A DNA stretch of 64,000 nt from Nemertoderma westbladi. Its lineage: Eukaryota; Animalia; Xenacoelomorpha. The notes beneath the pieces were generated by a model. That model made no database searches. It was given only the letters and a program-made list of their open reading frames with translations, and was not told where the DNA came from. How positions within the stretch are numbered: position 1 is the stretch's first letter; each line of letters begins with the position of its first letter. Made by a program: the position numbers and the translations under genes. The stretch spans positions 32,670 to 96,669 of the forward strand of contig JAUCBJ010008884.1 in NCBI GenBank assembly GCA_032718475.1, written 5' to 3'. Below are positions 49,401 through 62,286 of the stretch, piece by piece.

Positions 49401-52400
49401 TAGATAGGAGTCTAGAACTATAAACTTATTGAGATAGTGGGTCAGTAGATAGGAGTCTAGAACTATAAAGTTATTGAGATAGTGGGTCAGTAGATAGGAG
49501 TCTAGAACTATAAACTTATTGAGATAGTGGGTCAGTAGATAGGAGTCTAGAACTATAAAGTTATTGAGATAGTGGGTCAGTAGATAGGAGTCTAGAACTA
49601 TAAAGTTATTGAGATAGTGGGTTAGTAGATAGGAGTCTAGAACTATAAAGTTATTGAGATAGTGGGTCAGTAGATAGGAGTCTAGAACTATAAAGTGATT
49701 GAGATAGTGGGCCAGTAGATAGGAGTCTAGAACTATAAACTTATTGAGATAGTGGGTCAGTAGATAGGAGTCTAGAACTATAAAGTTATTGAGATAGTGG
49801 GTCCGTAGATAGGAGTCTAGAACTATAAATTTATTGAGATAGTGGGTCAGTAGATAGGAGTCTAGAACTATAAAGTTATTGAGATAGTGAGTCAGTAGAT
49901 AGCAGTCTAGAACTATAAAGTTATTGAGATAGTGGGTCAGTAGATAGGAGTTTAGAACTATATAAAGTTATTGAGATAGTGGGCCAGTAGATAGGAGTCT
50001 AGAACTATAAAGTTATTGAGATAATGGGTCAGTAGATAGGAGTCTAGAACTATAAAGTGATTGAGATAGTGGGTCAGTAGATAGGAGTCTAGAACTATAA
50101 AGTTATTGAGATAGTGGGTCAGTAGATAGGAGTCTAGAACTATATAAATTTATTGAGATAGTGGGCCAGTAGATAGGAGTCTAGAACTATAAAGTTATTG
50201 AGATAGTGGGCCAGTAGATATAAGTCTAGAACTATAAAGTTATTGAGATAGTGGGCCAGTAGATAGGAGTCTAGAACTATAAAGTGATTGAGATAGTGGG
50301 TCAGTAGATAGGAGTCTAGAACTATAAAGTTATTGAGATAATGGGTCAGTAGATAGGAGTCTAGAACTATATAAAGTTATTGAGATAGTGGGCCAGTAGA
50401 TAGGAGTCTAGAACCATAAAGTTATTGAGATAGTGGGCCAGTACATAGGAGTCTAGAACTATAAAGTTATTGAGATAGTGGGTCAGTAGATAGGAGTCTA
50501 GAACTATAAAGTTATTGAGATAGTGGGTCAGTAGATAGGAGTCTAGAACTATAAAGTTATTGAGATAGTGGGTCAGTAGATAGGAGTCTAGAACTATAAA
50601 GTTATTGAGATAGTGGGTCAGTAGATAGGAGTCTAGAACTATAAAGTTATTGAGATAGTGGGTCAGTAGATAGGAGTCTAGAACTATATAAAGTTATTGA
50701 GATAGTGGACCAGTAGATAGGAGTCTAGAACTATAAAGTTATTGAGATAGTGGGCCAGTAGATAGGAGTCTAGAACTATAAAGTTATTAAGATAGTGGGT
50801 CAGTAGATAGGAGTCTAGAACTATAAAGTTATTGAGATAGTGGGTCAGTAGATAGGAGTCTAGAACTATAAAGTTATTGAGATAGTGGGTCAGTAGATAG
50901 GAGTCTAGAACTATAAGAACTATAAAGTTATTGAGAAAGTGGGTCAGTAGATAGGAGTTTAGAACTATAAAGTTATTGAGATAGTGGGTCAGTAGATAAG
51001 AGTCTAGAACTATAAAGTTATTGAGATAGTGGGTCAGTAGATAGGAGTCTAGAACTATAAAGTGATTGAGATAGTGTGCCAGTAGATAGGAGTCTAGAAC
51101 TATAAAGTTATTGAGATAGTGGGTCAGTAGATAGGAGTCTAGAACTATAAAGTTATTGAGATAGTGGGTCAGTACATAGGAGTCTAGAACTATAAAGTTA
51201 TTGAGATAGTGGGTCAGTAGATAGGAGTCTAGAACTATAAAGTTATTGAGATAGTGGGTCAGTAGATAGGAGTCTAGAACGATAAAGTTATTGAGATAGT
51301 GGGTCAGTAGATAAGAGTCTAGAACTATAAAGTTATTGAGATAGTGGGCCAGTAGATAGGAGTCTAAAACTATATAAAGTTATTGAGATAGTGGACCAGT
51401 AGATAGGAGTCTAGAACTATAAAGTTATTGAGATAGTGGGCCAGTAGATAGGAGTCTAGAACTATAAAGTTATTAAGATAGTGGGTCAGTAGATAGGAGT
51501 CTAGAACTATAAAGTTATTGAGATAGTGGGTCAGTAGATAGGAGTCTAGAACTATAAAGTTATTGAGATAGTGGGTCAGTAGATAGGAGTCTAGAACTAT
51601 AAGAACTATAAAGTTATTGAGAAAGTGGGTCAGTAGATAGAAGTTTAGAACTATAAAGTTATTGAGATAGTGGGTCAGTAGATAGGAGTCTAGAACTATA
51701 AAGTTATTGAGATAGTGGGTCAGTAGATAAGAGTCTAGAACTATAAAGTTATTGAGATAGTGGGCCAGTAGATAGGAGTCTAAAACTATATAAAGTTATT
51801 GAGATAGTGGACCAGTAGATAGGAGTCTAGAACTATAAATTTATTGAGATAGTGGGCCAGTAGATAGAAGTCTAGAACTATAAAGTTATTGAGATAGTGG
51901 GCCAGTAGATAGGAGTCTAGAACTATAAAGTGATTGAGATAGTGGGTCAGTAGATAGGAGTCTAGAACTATAAAGTTATTGAGATAATGGGTCAGTAGAT
52001 AGGAGTCTAGAACTATATAAAGTTATTGAGATAGTGGGCCAGTAGATAGGAGTCTAGAACCATAAAGTTATTGAGATAGTGGGCCAGTACATAGGAGTCT
52101 AGAACTATAAAGTTATTGAGATAGTGGGTCAGTAGATAGGAGTCTAGAACTATAAAGTTATTGAGATAGTGGGTCAGTAGATAGGAGTCTAGAACTATAT
52201 AAAGTTATTGAGATAGTGGGCCAGTAGATAGGAGTCTAGAACTATAAAGTTATTGAGATAGTGGGCCAGTAGATAGGAGTCTAGAACTATAAAGTTATTG
52301 AGATAGTGGGTCAGTAGATAGGAGTCTAGAACTAAAAAGTTATTGAGATAGTGGGTCAGTAGATAGGAGTCTAGAACTATAAAGTTATTGAGATAGTGGG

Positions 52401-55400
52401 TCAGTAGATAAGAGTCTAGAACTATAAAGTTATTGAGATAGTGGGCCAGTAGATAGGAGTCTAAAACTATATAAAATTATTGAGATAGTGGACCAGTAGA
52501 TAGGAGTCTAGAACTATAAAGTTATTGAGATAGTGGGTCAGTAGATAGGAGTCTAGAACTATAAAGTTATTGAGATAGTGGGTCAGTAGATAGGAGTCTA
52601 AAACTATATAAAGTTATTGAGATAGTGGACCAGTAGATAGGAGTCTAGAACTATAAAGTTATTGAGATAGTGGGCCAGTAGATAGGAGTCTAGAACTATA
52701 AAGTTATTAAGATAGTGGGTCAGTAGATAGGAGTCTAGAACTATAAAGTTATTTAGATAGTGGGTCAGTAGATAGGAGTCTAGAACTATAAAGTTATTGA
52801 GATAGTGGGTCAGTAGATAGGAGTCTAGAACTCTAAGAACTATAAAGTTATTGAGAAAGTGGGTCAGTAGATAGGAGTTTAGAACTATAAAGTTATTGAG
52901 ATAGTGGGTCAGTAGATAAGAGTCTAGAACTATAAAGTTATTGAGATAGTGGGTCAGTAGATAGGAGTCTAGAACTATAAAGTGATTGAGATAGTGTGCC
53001 AGTAGATAGGAGTCTAGAACTATAAAGTTATTGAGATAGTGGGTCAGTAGATAGGAGTCTAGAACTATAAAGTTATTGAGATAGTGGGTCAGTAGATAGG
53101 AGTCTAGAACTATATAAAGTTATTGAGATAGTGGGTCAGTAGATAGGAGTCTAGAACTATAAAGTTATTGAGATAGTGGGTCAGTACATAGGAGTCTAGA
53201 ACTATAAACTTATTGAGATAGTGGGTCAGTAGATAGGAGTCTAGAACTATAAAGTTATTGAGATAGTGGGCCAGTAGATAGGAGTCTAGAACTATAAAGT
53301 TATTGAGATAATGGGTCAGTAGATAGGAGTCTAGAACTTTAAAGTTATTGAGATTGGGCGTCATTAGATAGGAGTCTAGAACTATAAAGTTATTGAGATA
53401 GTGGGTCAGTAGATAGGAGTCTAGAAATATATAAAGTTATTGAGATAGTGGGCCAGTACATAGGAGTCTAGAACTATAAAGTTATTGAGATAGTGGGTCA
53501 GTAGATAGGAGTCTAGAACTATAAAGTTATTGAGATAGTGGGTCAGTAGATAGGAGTCTAGAACTAAAAAGTTATTGAGATAGTGGGTCAGTAGATAGGA
53601 GTCTAGAACTATAAAGTTATTGAGATAGTGGGTCAGTAGATAAGAGTCTAGAACTATAACGTTATTGAGATAGTGGGCCAGTAGATAGGAGTCTAAAACT
53701 ATATAAAATTATTGAGATAGTGGACCAGTAGATAGGAGTTTAGAACTATAAAGTGATTGAGATAGTGGGCCAGTAGATAGGAGTCTAGAACTATAAAGTT
53801 ATTGAGATAGTGGGTCAGTAGATAGGAGTCTAGAACTATAAAGTTATTGAGATAGTGGGTCAGTAGATAGGAGTCTAGAACTATAAAGTTATTGAGATAA
53901 TGGGTCAGTAGATAGGAGTCTAGAACTATATAAAGTTATTGAGATAGTGGGCCAGTAGATAGGAGTCTAGAACCATAAAGTTATTGAGATAGTGGGCCAG
54001 TACATAGGAGTCTAGAACTATAAAGTTATTGAGATAGTGGGTCAGTAGATAGGAGTCTAGAACTATAAAGTTATTGAGATAGTGGGTCAGTAGATAGGAG
54101 TCTAGAACTATAAAGTTATTGAGATAGTGGGTCAGTAGATAGGAGTCTAGAACTATAAAGTTATTGAGATAGTGGGTCAGTAGATAAGAGTCTAGAACTA
54201 TAAAGTTATTGAGATAGTGGGCCAGTAGATAGGAGTCTAAAACTATATAAAGTTATTGAGATAGTGGACCAGTAGATAGGAGTCTAGAACTATAAAGTTA
54301 TTGAGATAGTGGGCCAGTAGATAGGAGTCTAGAACTATAAAGTTATTAAGATAGTGGGTCAGTAGATAGGAGTCTAGAACTATAAAGTTATTGAGATAGT
54401 GGGTCAGTAGATAGGAGTCTAGAACTATAAAGTTATTGAGATAGTGGGTCAGTAGATAGGAGTCTAGAACTATAAGAACTATAAAGTTATTGAGAAAGTG
54501 GGTCAGTAGATAGGAGTTTAGAACTATAAAGTTATTGAGATAGTGGGTCAGTAGATAGGAGTCTAGAACTATAAAGTTATTGAGATAGTGGGTCAGTAGA
54601 TAGGAGTCTAGAACTATAAAGTGATTGAGATAGTGTGCCAGTAGATAGGAGTCTAGAACTATAAAGTTATTGAGATAGTGGGTCAGTAGATATGAGTCTA
54701 GAACTATAAAGTTATTGAGATAGTGGGTCAGTAGATAGGAGTCTAGAACTATATAAAGTTATTGAGATAGTGGGCCAGTAGATAGGAGTCTAGAACTATA
54801 TAAAGTTATTGAGATAGTGGGCCAGTAGATAGGAGTCTAGAACTATAAACTTATTGAGATAGTGGGTCAGTAGATAGGAGTCTAGAACTATAAAGTTATT
54901 GAGATAGTGGGCCAGTAGATAGGAGTCCAGAACTATAAAGTTATTGAGATAATGGGTCAGTAGATAGGAGTCTAGAACTTTAAAGTTATTGAGATTGGGC
55001 GTCATTAGATAGGAGTCTAGAACTATAAAGTTATTGAGATAGTGGGTCAGTAGATAGGAGTCTAGAAATATATAAAGTTATTGAGATAGTGGGCCAGTAC
55101 ATAGGAGTCTAGAACTATAAAGTTATTGAGATAGTGGGTCAGTAGATAGGAGTCTAGAACTATAAAGTTATTGAGATAGTGGGTCAGTAGATAGGAGTCT
55201 AGAACTAAAAAGTTATTGAGATAGTGGGTCAGTAGATAGGAGTCTAGAACTATAAAGTTATTGAGATAGTGGGTCAGTAGATAGGAGTCTAGAACTATAA
55301 AGTTATTGAGATAGTGGGTCAGTACATAGGAGTCTAGAACTATAAAGTTATTGAGATAGTGGGTCAGTAGATAGGAGTCTAGAACTATAAAGTTATTGAG

Positions 55401-58400
55401 ATAGTGGGTCAGTAGATAGGAGTCTAGAACGATAAAGTTATTGAGATAGTGGGTCAGTAGATAAGAGTCTAGAACTATAAAGTTATTGAGATAGTGGGCC
55501 AGTAGATAGGAGTCTAAAACTATATAAAGTTATTGAGATAGTGGACCAGTAGATAGGAGTCTAGAACTATAAACTTATTGAGATAGTGGGTCAGTAGATA
55601 GGAGTCTAGAACTATAAAGTTATTGAGATAGTGGGTCAGTAGATAGGAGTCTAGAACTATAAACTTATTGAGATAGTGGGTCAGTAGATAGGAGTCTAGA
55701 ACTATAAAGTTATTGAGATAGTGGGTCCGTAGATAGGAGTCTAGAACTATAAATTTATTGAGATAGTGGGTCAGTAGATAGGAGTCTAGAACTATAAACT
55801 TATTGAGATAGTGGGTCAGTAGATAGGAGTCTAGAACTATAAAGTTATTGAGATAGTGGGTCAGTAGATAGGAGTCTAGAACTATAAACTTATTGAGATA
55901 GTGGGTCAGTAGATAGGAGTCTAGAACTATAAAGTTATTGAGATAGTGGGTCAGTAGATAGGAGTCTAGAACTATAAAGTTATTGAGATAGTGGGTTAGT
56001 AGATAGGAGTCTAGAACTATAAAGTTATTGAGATAGTGGGTCAGTAGATAGGAGTCTAGAACTATAAAGTGATTGAGATAGTGGGCCAGTAGATAGGAGT
56101 CTAGAACTATAAACTTATTGAGATAGTGGGTCAGTAGATAGGAGTCTAGAACTATAAAGTTATTGAGATAGTGGGTCCGTAGATAGGAGTCTAGAACTAT
56201 AAATTTATTGAGATAGTGGGTCAGTAGATAGGAGTCTAGAACTATAAAGTTATTGAGATAGTGAGTCAGTAGATAGCAGTCTAGAACTATAAAGTTATTG
56301 AGATAGTGGGTCAGTAGATAGGAGTTTAGAACTATATAAAGTTATTGAGATAGTGGGCCAGTAGATAGGAGTCTAGAACTATAAAGTTATTGAGATAATG
56401 GGTCAGTAGATAGGAGTCTAGAACTATAAAGTGATTGAGATAGTGGGTCAGTAGATAGGAGTCTAGAACTATAAAGTTATTGAGATAGTGGGTCAGTAGA
56501 TAGGAGTCTAGAACTATATAAATTTATTGAGATAGTGGGCCAGTAGATAGGAGTCTAGAACTATAAAGTTATTGAGATAGTGGGCCAGTAGATATAAGTC
56601 TAGAACTATAAAGTTATTGAGATAGTGGGCCAGTAGATAGGTGTCTAGAACTATAAAGTGATTGAGATAGTGGGTCAGTAGATAGGAGTCTAGAACTATA
56701 AAGTTATTGAGATAATGGGTCAGTAGATAGGAGTCTAGAACTATATAAAGTTATTGAGATAGTGGGCCAGTAGATAGGAGTCTAGAACCATAAAGTTATT
56801 GAGATAGTGGGCCAGTACATAGGAGTCTAGAACTATAAAGTTATTGAGATAGTGGGTCAGTAGATAGGAGTCTAGAACTATAAAGTTATTGAGATAGTGG
56901 GTCAGTAGATAGGAGTCTAGAACTATAAAGTTATTGAGATAGTGGGTCAGTAGATAGGAGTCTAGAACTATAAAGTTATTGAGATAGTGGGTCAGTAGAT
57001 AGGAGTCTAGAACTATAAAGTTATTGAGATAGTGGGTCAGTAGATAGGAGTCTAGAACTATATAAAGTTATTGAGATAGTGGACCAGTAGATAGGAGTCT
57101 AGAACTATAAAGTTATTGAGATAGTGGGCCAGTAGATAGGAGTCTAGAACTATAAAGTTATTAAGATAGTGGGTCAGTAGATAGGAGTCTAGAACTATAA
57201 AGTTATTGAGATAGTGGGTCAGTAGATAGGAGTCTAGAACTATAAAGTTATTGAGATAGTGGGTCAGTAGATAGGAGTCTAGAACTATAAGAACTATAAA
57301 GTTATTGAGAAAGTGGGTCAGTAGATAGGAGTTTAGAACTATAAAGTTATTGAGATAGTGGGTCAGTAGATAAGAGTCTAGAACTATAAAGTTATTGAGA
57401 TAGTGGGTCAGTAGATAGGAGTCTAGAACTATAAAGTGATTGAGATAGTGTGCCAGTAGATAGGAGTCTAGAACTATAAAGTTATTGAGATAGTGGGTCA
57501 GTAGATAGGAGTCTAGAACTATAAAGTTATTGAGATAGTGGGTCAGTACATAGGAGTCTAGAACTATAAAGTTATTGAGATAGTGAGTCAGTAGATAGCA
57601 GTCTAGAACTATAAAGTTATTGAGATAGTGGGTCAGTAGATAGGAGTTTAGAACTATATAAAGTTATTGAGATAGTGGGCCAGTAGATAGGAGTCTAGAA
57701 CTATAAAGTTATTGAGATAATGGGTCAGTAGATAGGAGACTAGAACTATAAAGTGATTGAGATAGTGGGTCAGTAGATAGGAGTCTAGAACTATAAAGTT
57801 ATTGAGATAGTGGGTCAGTAGATAGGAGTCTAGAACTATATAAATTTATTGAGATAGTGGGCCAGTAGATAGGAGTCTAGAACTATAAAGTTATTGAGAT
57901 AGTGGGCCAGTAGATATAAGTCTAGAACTATAAAGTTATTGAGATAGTGGGCCAGTAGATAGGAGTCTAGAACTATAAAGTGATTGAGATAGTGGGTCAG
58001 TAGATAGGAGTCTAGAACTATAAAGTTATTGAGATAATGGGTCAGTAGATAGGAGTCTAGAACTATATAAAGTTATTGAGATAGTGGGCCAGTAGATAGG
58101 AGTCTAGAACCATAAAGTTATTGAGATAGTGGGCCAGTACATAGGAGTCTAGAACTATAAAGTTATTGAGATAGTGGGTCAGTAGATAGGAGTCTAGAAC
58201 TATAAAGTTATTGAGATAGTGGGTCAGTAGATAGGAGTCTAGAACTATAAAGTTATTGAGATAGTGGGTCAGTAGATAGGAGTCTAGAACTATAAAGTTA
58301 TTGAGATAGTGGGTCAGTAGATAGGAGTCTAGAACTATAAAGTTATTGAGATAGTGGGTCAGTAGATAGGAGTCTAGAACTATATAAAGTTATTGAGATA

Positions 58401-58903
58401 GTGGACCAGTAGATAGGAGTCTAGAACTATAAAGTTATTGAGATAGTGGGCCAGTAGATAGGAGTCTAGAACTATAAAGTTATTAAGATAGTGGGTCAGT
58501 AGATAGGAGTCTAGAACTATAAAGTTATTGAGATAGTGGGTCAGTAGATAGGAGTCTAGAACTATAAAGTTATTGAGATAGTGGGTCAGTAGATAGGAGT
58601 CTAGAACTATAAGAACTATAAAGTTATTGAGAAAGTGGGTCAGTAGATAGGAGTTTAGAACTATAAAGTTATTGAGATAGTGGGTCAGTAGATAAGAGTC
58701 TAGAACTATAAAGTTATTGAGATAGTGGGTCAGTAGATAGGAGTCTAGAACTATAAAGTGATTGAGATAGTGTGCCAGTAGATAGGAGTCTAGAACTATA
58801 AAGTTATTGAGATAGTGGGTCAGTAGATAGGAGTCTAGAACTATAAAGTTATTGAGATAGTGGGTCAGTACATAGGAGTCTAGAACTATAAAGTTATTGA
58901 GAT
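28458..58903. repeat. 45-bp satellite array (about 670 monomers) with multi-kb internal duplications
   Basis: Uninterrupted monomers; rare variants recur in the same order, for example at a 6788-bp offset (37482/44270 and 35592/42380). Confidence 0.98.
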
Positions 58904-60132
58904 TGTAAAAGCTTTTACTGAATTGTCCGGTTATTTTTCCTTATTTTTCCCGTAAAGTACTCTGTAGTTGGTTTACCGGGCATGGAAAGGCCGTGTCCTT
59001 GCTGTACTGGTGTTTTAGCGGACATAAGAGCTATTTCTTCTGTATTTGTACTTTAGAGGACATAATCCGTAATTCCGTGACGTAAAAGCTCGATACTCTT
59101 GAAAACAGTGTCGCTACCATGACGACGGCTAGCAGCTGATATTGCCACGTCGACGTTTCTTTGTTTCTCTGTTCTCTCGTTGTTCAGGTTGACCAATCAG
59201 AGCGTTTGTTGTCTTTGTGTTGGAGGTATATACAGAAACTCAGTAGTTCAGTGTTATGTTTTTGTCCAGAGCCTAAGAACCGGCTTTGGCACCTCCGTGT
59301 TTTAGTTTTTAGTCTTACACTAGTAGGTTTAATTATAAAGGGCATATATCCTTTAACGCACCTACCTGACTCATGGAATCACTGCATACTGATGACTGAT
59401 GTCTGCATACTGCAGTACTGCATACACTGCATACTGTGTAACATTGTGCATACCTTTATATTGTTATACTGCTATTTACCGTCAGTTCTTCATAATATGG
59501 TTGATGAATAATTATATTTGGAATAACGATAAACAACCCCGAAACCCAATGTTCTTGATATACCGAAGGTAAGAGAGAAGGGTTACAGATAAACGATTGT
59601 GACTTATGTTAAAGTGGTTTGAAGTGAATCTAATGTTATTTGATAGACCCTACATGAGCCAGTCTGTGTTCCTTATATATGTGACTAAAATCAGTGAAGA
59701 TCGGCAGATTAGTGTGCAGTATTGTGCAGCATTGTGTATGAGTGAGTCTGTTAAAGAAGCATTCCTAAAGAATGCGCCATATATGTGAATTATAATTAAG
59801 CCATATCGTTGTGAGTGGTTTAAGTCATAACTCTGTTTATATAGATAAAGCGCCACGTCCTAAAGGAACTGTTAATATTCCCGAAGGTGAATAATATTGT
59901 CAGAGATTATATAATACTGTCAGTCGAATAATACATTAGGCTTACATAGCAATAAAATTAAACCGTCGAACCCAATCTCCCGGGAATTTCCAGCGGGTGA
60001 ATGGTCGCGCACGGATTGGTTTCGACTAGTGTAGTGAATCAAATACTTGTCATAGACTAAAAAACTGATTTAATATCTAGAAGACATCTTAATTTGGTGG
60101 GTTAAACTGCCAAAGGTCTGAAAGCGCGAACA
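58904..60132 (+). repeat. 5' LTR of element D (1229 bp)
   Basis: TGTAAAAGC...GCGCGAACA termini identical to those of the A LTR. Confidence 0.93.
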
Positions 60133-60143
60133 TTAAAGGATAT
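60133..60143 (+). other. Non-canonical primer-binding site of element D (TTAAAGGATAT), complementary to its own LTR segment 59346-59356
   Basis: Directly follows the LTR; exact 11-nt reverse complement ATATCCTTTAA lies at the position homologous to that in A. Confidence 0.82.
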
Positions 60144-62286
60144 TGCTTCTTTATTGCAGTAAGCAATAAAGTCGAAAGTACCGGTCGACCGGTAACCAGT
60201 AGGCCTGACTGCCTGATCATCCGGACCGGTACCTACAGCAGTATTATTCGATTTTGATTGTTATATACCAGTAGGTCTTAATAATTAATCGGGGACGCCT
60301 GGTTTTTATTGAGATTTTACTTATTTCTGTCAAGTTTTATTTATTTGTAGGCCAGTATTGAACAGAAGGCGTGTAAGCCTGATCAGATTGTACAGACAAT
60401 TTGTAGGCTGAGCTGTTGTCTGATTGCTGTTAAGTCCGAACGAATTGCAGTGTGTGTAGAGCACTTGTCCGATTAAGTACGGTTAGGAAGTAGGGGCAGT
60501 GAACACTGTAAGGTAAACCCCCAACTAAAGAATAAGTCGCACTACTGGGTTAGAGCGCATACTCCCTAATCATTTCGGAGTCTGCATGTCCTGTAGTTTA
60601 TTTAGGCTTGAGAGTAGTCTGCCATCGTTTAGTCTGTACTTTGTTTGTGTAAGTCTGTACGGGTAGCGTATAATTTTATTTAAATAATTTGTAGGCTGGA
60701 TAGTTGTCTGGCTGTTATTAGGTCTGAACGGATTGCCGCGTGTGTAGATCATCTGTCCGATTAAGTACGATTAGGCAGTAGGGGCAGTGAACACTGTAAG
60801 GTAAACCCCCAACTAAAGAATAAGTCGCACTACTGGGTTAGAGCGCATACTCCCTAATCATTTCGGAGTCTGCATATACCGTAGTTTGTTTAGGCTTGAT
60901 AGTAGTCTGTCAGTGTTCGGTCTGTATTTTGTTTGAGTAGTTTGTACGCGTAGCGTAATATTTATTATTCAGAGGTTATGCGATTATTCGCAACATTCAA
61001 GTCCCTAAGTTTGTTCCTACAGTAATTGTGTTTGTTATACATACCGTTATAGTTAAATTAACCCCGGTACTACACGGGCTGCTCGGCGTAGGTAAAGACT
61101 GGTGATTTTGTGCATCGGTCACTCCAGCAGATGCCGTGGTTCTTTTAGCTGTTCAAGTATATTTAACTGCTGATTATTTGTTGTACAAGTACTCGTACCT
61201 AATTTAGGGTTTAGTGTACAGTGCTTTCCTGAAGTAATTAGTGTAGACATTATATCTGTGTTGTAAAGTGGTTGATAGGCATATTCGATTAGCTCTATTA
61301 ACTTCTAGGTAGGAACACTCCGTGATACATAACGTAGAACCTATAGCGATACGGCTATAGGTCGTCAGGCGGTGGTATTTTCCTATCTAGACAACGCAGT
61401 GTATTTACTACTACTTATTATTTCAAATACCGTAGTACCCTGTCCGCTGTAATAATCAGTTTTCTAATCCTTTGTTAGGCTGGTTTGTAGACTTCTTGTA
61501 AAATTACCCTAAAAATTCGTATTTGCGTTTTTGTAAATTTTTGCATTTATTTAGAGATTGTAATCTCACCCGAATTGTACGTAATTTGTAGTATTAAGTA
61601 ACTTAGGTAAATTAGAATTATTTGTTTTAGTGTCCTATACGTAACACTTCACTGAAAGCGCACCGCTTTGTGTAGTGATTACTCCCCAGAAATAATAACA
61701 TTTATTTCAAACATTGACAAAACCCACTAAAACGGGTATATATATATTATAAATCAAATCTAACGATTTATAAATCGTAGGCCTACCATACAACCATTAG
61801 GTCTCAATATCAGTTGGATTACTGCTCAAATAACGGTAATAAAGTAAGTTAAAGTAACCAAGTAACCCTAAAATACAGAAATTCAATTATTTAAAATAAT
61901 TGATATACCGGTATTTACGATAGGCCTATTATCTTTATTTTTATAAATCTAGGTTGAAATTATACCGGTACTTGTAATTAATTCTATTTCAGAATTATAT
62001 ATCCTACAAACTGTAAGCTGTATACCGGTATTCCGATAGGCCTATTATATATTTATATATATTTGTGCTAAAATTATACCGGTATTCTGTGATAAACCTA
62101 GTCTGTAATAATACTTATATAGTTATATATACTATAAGTATACCGGTATTCTAATATATTATATATATATCACGCTACACTGAGTAGCAGTAACGGTAAT
62201 TAATTACTAGGCTAGCAGTTCATACTGAGTTATTAGACTTACTCAGACTGTAATACAGCAGTAGACATTCAACGGTATACATAGTC

